Part shown: positions 55,628 through 64,000 of the stretch, piece after piece
Position numbering within the stretch: the stretch's first letter is position 1
Layout: the number at the start of each line of letters is the position of its first letter
Source: Callorhinchus milii
Lineage: Eukaryota
Direction of reading: 5' to 3'
Assembly: GCF_018977255.1 (NCBI RefSeq)
Contig: NW_024704753.1
Coordinates: forward strand, 930,001-994,000
Length of the DNA stretch: 64,000 bases
Program-made: the position numbers and the translations under genes
Notes under the pieces: generated by a model
Seen by the model: the letters and a program-made list of their open reading frames with translations, nothing else
Databases searched by the model: none
Told to the model about the DNA's origin: nothing

Positions 55628-58600
55628 GTAAGCATCCAGTTTCCATGTGGGGGGGTGGGGGGGGGGGGAGGGTTTGGGGGTTTGGGAGAAATACATTTAA
55701 AACAAATGTTTTAACCTCTATTTTTTTTTCCGGTAATGACTATTTGATGTAATAACAACAATAATGATCCTTGCGTGTGATCCAGGGCCTTATCACATTG
55801 TTTAGACGTCTCAAAGCGCCTCACAGGATACGCTGTAAGGTGTAGTGACTATTTTGTGTATTTTGTATTATATAACGTTCTATAGGAGTCCCCCCAACTC
55901 CTCCCTCCGTCCCTCCCTCCCTCCTTCATCTCCTTCAAGGTCCGTCTCAAGATCTACCACTTTGACCGCACCTTTGGTCATCTTCCCCCACCCCACCCCC
56001 TCAACCCTTCCCACCCCAGCATAGCTCCCTTCCCCTCCCCAGCTTTGGTTACCAAGCCAGGGAAATATTATCAGCCTGGCTCAGTCAATGGCGCTCTCGC
56101 CTGCAGATCAGAAAGTTATGGGTTCGAGCCCCAAATATTATGCTAAGAGCTTCCCCGCCGTAAAAAAATGTTAGTTTTGTATTCCTGCTGAGGATTATTA
56201 CGTTGTCTGCAGATCGCCAAGGGAACCCTCAGCGAGGAGTCGATTCCCGCTGAACTTCTAGAAGTGATTTCGAAGGAGTTGCTGGACATTTCCAGTGGCG
56301 AAGATCGCAGTTACTCTATCAGCAACATAGAGAGCATCAACTTGGAAGGCAGTGACTTGAGTGACGTTGATCTGTGGGAGGAGTACAACAGCAACATTAG
56401 CGATACCAAACCCTGGCATCTGGGAACGACTGACAGCTCGCGCATCCTGCCCACATCCAGTAAGGTTCTGCCCGGGTCCGTGATTTGGCGCAATGCTCAG
56501 CCTGGAGTCCGGCGCTCGGCCTCTGTGAGCCAACGATCGTCCCAGATTAGGAGCCGACGACCCTCTCTGGCGGCTGGCCGCCGTATGTCATTGAGCGGGA
56601 GCCGCCGAACGTCTATTGTTGGCAGCCGACGGCAATCTGTGGGCAGTGCCCAGCGAGTGTCTCTGACGGGCGGTGGGCGTTCGTTGTCCTCCAGCAGCCG
56701 CCACCTGTTGCAGACGGCCGGCAGCCTTCATCGGCCTTCGACGAGCCGCTATGCATCGAAGACTCTGACAGTCTCGCCCAGCGTCCGACTCTCCCAAACC
56801 CACAAATGGTCTCCACGCAAATCCGCCAGCCATCACCGTGCCCAAGTGAGTAACCTGCCTCTATCCGGCAGACAGTCTCTGTTGACAGCTGACAGCCAGC
56901 AGCCCTCTCGGGTGAACAGCTTCCAGGACACCACGTGGGAGAGCCGTCAACTGGGGACACGGTGTTCGGACGTCCCTCAGTCTGATTCTGCGACGAAGCA
57001 TCTGGCAGAATCCGAGGGCTTGCATTTCACTGTGTCCAACCCCCGAGCTTCGACTAAGAGTCTGAATCTTGTCTCATCGAACAATCTGTGTCTATCCAAC
57101 CGTCACGGTGAAACTGAGAACCAGATTGAGCAGTCTCCGAGCCACTCCATAATGCAGACTCAGAGCCGGACTCTGTTTTTTTCTGCGGTCAGCCAGCTAT
57201 CCCTGTTTTCAAATTGGCCTCAGGACAACAAGGTAGTCAGGCCTAAGGGCCAGCCAGAGGCAGAGCCCGTGGATGAAGAAGTTGTTTCCTCCAACATAAT
57301 AAACTGCATGATCACCATGACACTGGCTATTCCCAAAGGTACGTGACCAAGCAGCAACGCGGTACGGTCGGGAAAAATAGGGGGAAACAATAATAATAAT
57401 AATATTCCTCGCATTTGATGCAGCGCCTTATCATGTCATGGAGACATCTCAAAACGCTTCACCGAATATACTGTAAAGAGGATTGACTGTGTATTTTGTG
57501 GGCGAAACGCGGCAGCCAATTGCGCACAGCAGCGTCCCACAAACAGTGCTGGACTGAGTGACCAAATGATTATTATTTTTTTTTGGGAGGGATTATTAGC
57601 TCCAGAAAAGTGATCTGCCAATCGATTAATAACTGGGTTCCTACGTACTGCTAGGTAAATAGAGGCATGTGGAGTAAGGAAACTTGTTTAAGGTTTTGGC
57701 CCATACCGCCTGGGAATCGAACCCGGGTCCTCTCGCAGGCGAGGCTAGCGCTCTAACCACTACACTGCAGGGACTCCACAAATCGGTAAGCGTGAAATCC
57801 TGCAAAGTTGGTTCAGTAACAACGAGGTGTGTATGCTATCTAGCGAAAGAAGAGAAGAGCAAAGAAGAGCAGACCAAGAAGAAAACAGCTAAAGTGGAAT
57901 CAACCAAGGCCCAAAATTATTACCATCTGGAATTCTCCCTCTTCCCCGACGAGGCTGAACCAATCAAGATCGACTTGGCAGATTTTGGGTTAGCTGTCAA
58001 AGTGTATATGGAGAGTGAAACCAAGGTAGGAGCACCTCTCTCCCTCTGCCCCAGCCTGTCTCTCCATCTTTTTAATCCCACTTTACACACTATTTCTTCC
58101 AATGTGCCTTTGGTCACCACTTCTTCTCCCCTTTGCTTGTCATCAAACCCCCCTGTTCCCTCCCTCTCCCCTCTCTCTCCCCTATCTCACAGCAACTGGG
58201 AAGCTCTCCAAGATGTTTTTCTATGTGAAGGGCGCTGGGTAAATACATGCTGTTAATAATAATAATAATAATAATCCTTGCATTTGATATAGCGCCTTAT
58301 CACGTCATTGAGACGTCTCAAAGCGCTTCACAGAATATACTGTAAAGTGGAGTAAGTGTGTATTTTGTGGGTGAAACATGACAGCCAATCAAATTCAGGT
58401 CCTCTCGCTTACGAGGCGAATGTGCTAACCACTACGCTACCGGTCTCCAAAATAACATGGATGTGTGGATGTGTGTGTGGGTGGGGTGGGGTGATGGGGG
58501 TAAGAGAGCTACAGGACTTCAGGCTGTTGTGATATTCACAAAAGGGTGTGGATTGGGGAGGTTGATGATTGTTCTTGTTTCGTCCCCCCCCCCCCACCAC

Positions 58601-59902
58601 CCCACCCACTTTCCACCCCATCCACCTCCAGGTGTTGGTGCCGTGGGATGATGGCGAGCGGATGTGGGTGGCTTGGAATCAGGAAGTGAACCTGCCGGTC
58701 ACAAGAGACCTGCTGCTGAAGCTGATGACCCACATTGTGACACTGCAGGTTTGGGACCACAAGGAGAAAGTGTCCCCGAAGGCCAGGTTTGACCGGCCCA
58801 GGGGCTTCCGTGTTCTACGCCAAAAGGGAGGGGTCCGGCCCAATGTGGACGGTGAGTATAAAGGCTGTGGGTCACTGTGAACTCTCAGCTGTGTCTTGTA
58901 ATCCATCATTCCCCATTATAATAATAATGATATTAATAATAATAATTTGTCCATTTGCTACCACGCCCTTCTGGTCAAGAGGGCGTCCCCAAGCGCTTCG
59001 TAGGATATACTGTAAAGTGCAGTGACTGCGTGTTTTTTATGTGTGAACATTACTGTGAAGCACGATGGAAACTTTTGTTTTTGCCCGGCCGGGTGTCTGA
59101 CACCTGCGGGAACCCTTCACCGTTGCTTAAGAGTCTCCAAACCAGGCTGAGGATTCCATGCATCCCACCTACACATGGAAATTCCAGAGATAGATTGTTG
59201 GGATGGAATGTGCTCTCTCTCCCTCCCCCTGGAGGGTCTTCCTTTGGTGGGGTGGGAAGCCAGATGGGGATATGGGTGCGGGGGGAATGGAGGGTAAGGA
59301 CATATATGGATGGCGGGGGATACAGTGACCAGACAAGGGGTCTGACCATTAACTTTGGGATCCAGCCTTACCCTCACCTCCTCTCTAGATATGATGAAGA
59401 CCCTGGTGTTGTCACAGAAGATGCTGTTTAAGAACGGCCAGCCTCGGGCCAGCTCCACGCTGCTCCGCAACAACGGGAAAAACATTGGTGCGGTGGTGGG
59501 CAAGATCAGCAACTCAGAAGGCGAGTCCTTTCACAAGCAGAGTCTTAAAATGACAGCGGGGGCATTTAGCAGTGAAATCAGGAAGCTTTCTTTCATTTTT
59601 TCCACTAACGCAAAGGGGATTGGAAATCTGGAACATCCCCTTTCTCCCCAAAAAGGCTGTGGGTTATGGCTGGATCCATTGAAATTTTCCAGACTAGATG
59701 GCTAGATGTTTGTTAGGGCAGGGAATCACAGGTTACGGGGCAACGACGAATAAATGGCGTTGAGGTACAGATCAGCCATGATCTAATGGAATGATGGAAC
59801 AGGCTTCAGGGGCCTGAATGGCCTAATCCTGTTCCTATGTTCCTATGTTTCAGGCTAGCTGTGACTGGTGCCCATTGTTATCACAGTGCTGGGGTGTGGG
59901 AG

Positions 59903-59964
<62 letters not shown>

Positions 59965-62900
59965 CCTTGGATTTGATATAGCGCTTTTCACGTCTTCTCG
60001 ACGTTTCAAAGTGCTTCACAGAATAGACTGTAAAGTGAATTGACTCTATATTTGTAGGCGAAACGCGGCAGCCAATTGCGCACAGCAGCGTCCCCACAAA
60101 CAGCCGTGGATTGAAATGACCAGCTTATTATTTTTTTTTGAGGGATTATTATCAGCCGTGTGGAGGAAGGAAACTTGCTGAAGGTAAAGTGTAGTGACTA
60201 TATTTTGTGGACGAAATGCAGTAGCCAGAATGCACATATATAAATGCAAGTTGTTGTTATTTTGAGGTTGAGTTCCCCCAGGTCCCCCTCCCCCCCACCC
60301 CCACTGTCTGACCCTCAGTTTCTCTGACACAGAACTCATCACTGTCGTGGTTACCTCGCTGGATCAGAAGATAAAGGAGATCCCGAAGGAGAGCACCAGG
60401 AGCTTCCAAAAGGCCATGTCCTTGTTACAAGAAATAAACCCCATCGACTCGAGCGACCCCAAAAGGCTGTCTTCCGGCATCGAGCAGCATGTCTCCTCCA
60501 AGACAGATGGCCCGCGGCCAATGAGGTAACATTACTCGCAATAGAAACGGAAGTGGCTAGGAATGCTCATCAGGTCAGGCACAAGTAGTAAGGTTTTTTC
60601 CTTGAAGGAGAAAGAAAGTACAGAGAGACTTTGGGCAATATTCCCACATAGTGGCTAATATGGCTCCTCCACTGATGGTTGGTGTAGAGGGTGTGAGGAA
60701 CACACAACTATTGACATAAAGGCAAGGACTGGCTTGTGTCATGACAGAGCAGTGTTGGGACCCGTTATGTGTGTGTGTGTGTGTCGCTTGCTTGGCTCTC
60801 TGTATTGTAAGCGAGGTAACGCAGGCCATTAACCAAAGGCAAAATACTGCAGATGCTGGAAAACAGAAGTGGCTGGGAACACTCAGCAGGTCAGGCAGCA
60901 ACTATGGAGAGAGGAAAGTGAGTTAATGTTTCAGGTCGATGACCTTTTGTCTCTGGCGGTCTCTCTCTTTTCCTCACCCAGCGAGAGGAAGCTGTGTCCG
61001 GATCAGGAATCCAAAGCGTCCTCGGCCGAAGAGAAGTTAAAGCTATTGGTTCAGAATGAAGAGAACAACTCCATCTCTGACCTGACCAAGTGGAAGTACA
61101 GTGAGTAGCAACAACAACACATTGCATTTACACAGCTCCTTTCACGTGGGGAGGACATCCCAAAGTCCTGGATGGTCAAGGATTTCGACCCGAGCTGGGG
61201 GTTGGGATCAGGAGAGATGGAGGCCAAGGGGAGTGGGGGTAGGAGAGTGCAGCAGTCATTGGGAAATTCCTTCCAGCGGGAATGTTACAGGATCGTGGGA
61301 TTTTACCGGGTTAAAGTCTTAAGATTGGAATGACTGAAGTGTCCAGCGCTAGTTCATTAGATTTGCTTGTAATCCGGAGCGTTTTATTGATTGCTGATTG
61401 CGTACCTCCTGGCGAGGCGGGGGTGGAGGGGCATGTGTGTAGAAGACAATAACAGCAACACGTTACAGCCACACAGCGCCTCTCACGTCGGGAGGACGTC
61501 CCAAGGTGCTGACACCTGGACCCGCCTTGGTGAGATAGTGTGTTGGATTCCAGTGAACTGGTTCAGGATAAGTTGAGGAAACAAGACGCCTTGCAGCCAG
61601 CTTAATCATAGGGAGATTCACTGCGCAACGCACGTTAAGAGTTGAAGTGGGGTGGGGGGGGGGGGGGGAGTGAAAATCTGGAACTCTCTCTCTCCCTCCC
61701 CCAAAAGGCTATAGATTATGGCTGGATCCATTGAAATTTTCCAGACTGAGGTGGCTTGGTAGGTCAGGGCGACAAGGGATGTGAAGGCGGGTAATTGGAG
61801 TTGAGGTACAGATCAGCCATGATCTAATAGAGTGGAGGAATGGGCTCGAGGGGCTGAATGGCCTCCCCCTATTCCTTAATTCATATTTTCTTTACTTCCC
61901 TGACAGCTAACAAGAAGGGGAGCATCAAAGTGACCTCCAAGGACAAGAAGAGAGAGATCGACCTCCATGTGGAGCCAGCGGCTGTTATTAACCTGGATAT
62001 TAAACCACTTGTTGCTGGTGAGTGGGCAACGAACGATAATCACAACCAGGTCCGACTGGGTCCAACATCTCCATCAGTGCTGTAGATCAAGAGAAATTAC
62101 CATATAATAATGATATAATGATAATCCTTGCATTTGGTATAACACCTTGTCCCCAATTTGTGGCAGAAGGGCTCTTTTCGGTTATAATATAATAATGTAT
62201 AATAATTATAATAATAATGTTTGCATTTGATACAGCGGCTTATCACGTCGTTGAAACGTCTCAAAGCGCTTCACAGGATATACTGTAAAGTGAATTGGCT
62301 GTGTATTTTGTCTGGGAGGAACATGGTAGACAACTGCGCACAGCAGCGTCCCACAAACAGCAGCGGATTGAGTGGCCACATTTATTATTTTTTATGAAGG
62401 GATTATTACCCACCGGAAAGCAACAAGCGGGGCTAATGAGAAATAAAAGGTTTGCATCAAAGTGGAGGCTTAATGGCAGCTCCACTTCCTGTGACAAATT
62501 AGCAACACATGCCCTGTCTCCCCAACCCCCCCCCCACCACCAACCCCCCATCCCGCCCCCCCCCCCCCCCCCCTCCCCAGTGTCTCAGCAAAGATTTTAT
62601 GATGTTGATTGCGTTTACCGCGCGGCTTTGAAGTTTTCTCCAGGACATGGAACCTGGAACGTGTAATAACTGGTTACAGATGGGACCAGGTTTGCCTGTC
62701 TGTACCCCCCCCCCCCCTCCCCTTCCTCATCCCCCTCTCCCCCTCCCTCCTTCTCCCAGGTTTCTTTTGATCTGAACTCCCGCTACCCGACAGAGTATAA
62801 ACTCCGGGATGTGCCATGGGGAACAATTATAATTATAATTGCCCTGGCCTGGCCTGCATGAGGGGCTCTATATAAATAAATGGAAGTTGTTGTTGTTGCT

Positions 62901-64000
62901 GTGTTTATTCCTCGGGTCAGCAATGGCTGTAAAGCGCTGTGAGACGTTCTGAACTGATAAAGGTCTTCTTTCTCTCCCTCCCCCTCATCCCCCCACTCCC
63001 GTCCCTCACAGGGTCAAATTCGGTCACAAACAAACTGGAGAAACCCTGTCAGACCATCATGGACGCTTACTTCACACTGTCCCTCAAGCAGTCACTCCTG
63101 TCAGATAAGCTGCAGAAAGAGCTGAACCCCCTGGTTATCCGTATACTCTCCGTCACCTCAATGCCATCCACACCCATTTCCATCTCGGATCTAGAGGTAG
63201 GTAAGCTAAAGAAGTCCGTCCTTTCTCCCTCCCTCCCTCCCTCCCCTCCCGCCCTCCCTCCTTCCCTCCCTCCCGCGCTGTTTTCCGCCACCTTTCCCTC
63301 TTTCCCTCCCTCTCTGCTCCGGCCTGCTTGCCCAGCAGCAAGTAGGAAGCTGTGTGCAATTTCGCAGCCGTGTTTCACCCACAAAACGCATGGTCAAACC
63401 ACTTTACAGTGTATCGCGCGAAGCGGTTTGCGACGTCTTGAGCGTCGTAATATAAAACGCAAGGATTATTATTATTTTGTGTGTGTGTCTGGGCGGGGAA
63501 GGGCTGTGTATGTGTGTATGTCTGTGAGCGTGTGTCTGTGGGTCTCTGCCACTCCGGTGACTAATGTTCTTTTGTTCTCTTGCCTTCCCAAGGACAGATG
63601 TAATCCTGTAACGTGTCAGTACCAATTCATGGACCTGCCATGTCACCAGACGCTGGGCCGGGAGCACGGGACCAACGTCTACTTCAATGACGTCAACGTG
63701 ATCCTTACAGGCACGGTGAACGCTGCCCGGCTACGGGAATACCTGCTGGGGCCGGTGCTGGAGATCGAGGTGCACGACCGGGACAGGAAGCTGCGGGATC
63801 AGCTGCAGATCCCCGCCCTGTTCGGGGCTGAGCCCGAGGACAGCAAACTGAGCAACGTGGGGCTGGTCAGCTGCAAGCGCACCCTCCACAACCCCTTCAC
63901 CGACACCAACAACTCCTGGGACCCCTTCGGAGTGGCCAAGGTCAGCCTGACTGAGCTGCTGGATGGCAAGAGGGTCCTGAACATGACCATCCCCATCCAG
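55592..64000 (+). CDS. CFAP92: Cilia- and flagella-associated protein 92 (KIAA1257), 5' part, runs off the window (gene span)
   Basis: join(55592-55627,56213-57338,57844-58025,58632-58851,59389-59520,60333-60525,60982-61100,61907-62017,63012-63196,63593->64000), all phases consistent. Motifs [55 protein letters not shown]; head-to-head with EFCC1 as in human. Confidence 0.88.
56213..57338 (+). CDS. CFAP92: CFAP92 large Ser/Arg-rich exon
   Basis: 1126-nt open frame ending [13 protein letters not shown]|gtacgt. Confidence 0.8.
57388..57780 (-). mobile_element. tRNA-derived SINE, full length
   Basis: Complete reverse-complement copy ending ...ctacactgcagggactccac. Confidence 0.9.
57844..58025 (+). 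CDS. CFAP92: CFAP92 exon
   Basis: [40 protein letters not shown]. Confidence 0.9.
58632..58851 (+). CDS. CFAP92: CFAP92 exon
   Basis: [31 protein letters not shown]...[20 protein letters not shown]. Confidence 0.92.
59389..59520 (+). CDS. CFAP92: CFAP92 exon (GC donor)
   Basis: [20 protein letters not shown]...SNSE; donor AAG|GCGAGT. Confidence 0.75.
59615..59850 (+). mobile_element. CR1-type LINE 3' end (related copies at 61670-61880(+), 12913-13020(-) and 41665-41740(-))
   Basis: gaggtacagatcagccatgatcta...ggggcctgaatggcct...(GTTCCTAT)2 tail. Confidence 0.8.
59903..60150 (-). mobile_element. tRNA-derived SINE 3' half with the tail expanded to about (AAT)20
   Basis: (AAT)n at 59903-59963 followed by the reverse-complement body. 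Confidence 0.88.
60333..60525 (+). CDS. CFAP92: CFAP92 exon
   Basis: [20 protein letters not shown]...GPRPM; phases 1/2 fit. Confidence 0.7.
60835..60955 (-). mobile_element. Penelope-like element terminal fragment with a degenerate hammerhead motif
   Basis: aaaatactgcagatgctgg...cactcagcaggtcaggcagca...gttaatgtttcaggtcgatgacctttt, resembling a remembered abundant chondrichthyan repeat. Confidence 0.6.
60982..61100 (+). CDS. CFAP92: CFAP92 exon
   Basis: [11 protein letters not shown]...LTKWKY; phases 2/1 fit. Confidence 0.72.
61907..62017 (+). CDS. CFAP92: CFAP92 exon
   Basis: [14 protein letters not shown]...[13 protein letters not shown]. Confidence 0.82.
63012..63196 (+). CDS. CFAP92: CFAP92 exon
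   Basis: [12 protein letters not shown]...[34 protein letters not shown]. Confidence 0.9.
63593..64000 (+). CDS. CFAP92: CFAP92 exon (3' truncated by the window edge)
   Basis: [38 protein letters not shown]...[11 protein letters not shown]...[11 protein letters not shown]. Confidence 0.92.

Overview
Vertebrate genomic DNA, most likely a cartilaginous fish (holocephalan/chimaera-like, judged from the SINE, L2 and CR1 repertoire). It carries the gene block syntenic with human 3q21.3: ISY1 (+, 11 exons, complete, 284 aa), an HDHD5/CECR5-like HAD-IIA hydrolase (+, 8 exons, 431 aa), only the 3' part of the last RAB43 exon (+), GP9 (-), EFCC1 (-, 7 exons, with a 1-nt frameshift just after the ATG) and the 5' part of CFAP92/KIAA1257 (+, 10 exons, running off the window). 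Exon chains were assembled by hand from splice signals and phase. Introns and intergenic DNA are dense in tRNA-derived SINEs, L2/CR1 3' ends and mini/microsatellites, and there are two N gaps. Most long ORFs in the supplied track are low-complexity artefacts. I found no clear new multi-gene system. The best leads are the orphan RAB43 tail, a GPIX with GPIb-beta-like features, a divergent CCAAT-array/CHR promoter with apparently non-coding exons, a 156-bp inverted duplication in an ISY1 intron, a fossil hammerhead ribozyme, an RRxS array in CFAP92 and an unclassified ~400-nt retroposon. All homology calls come from remembered sequences, not database searches.
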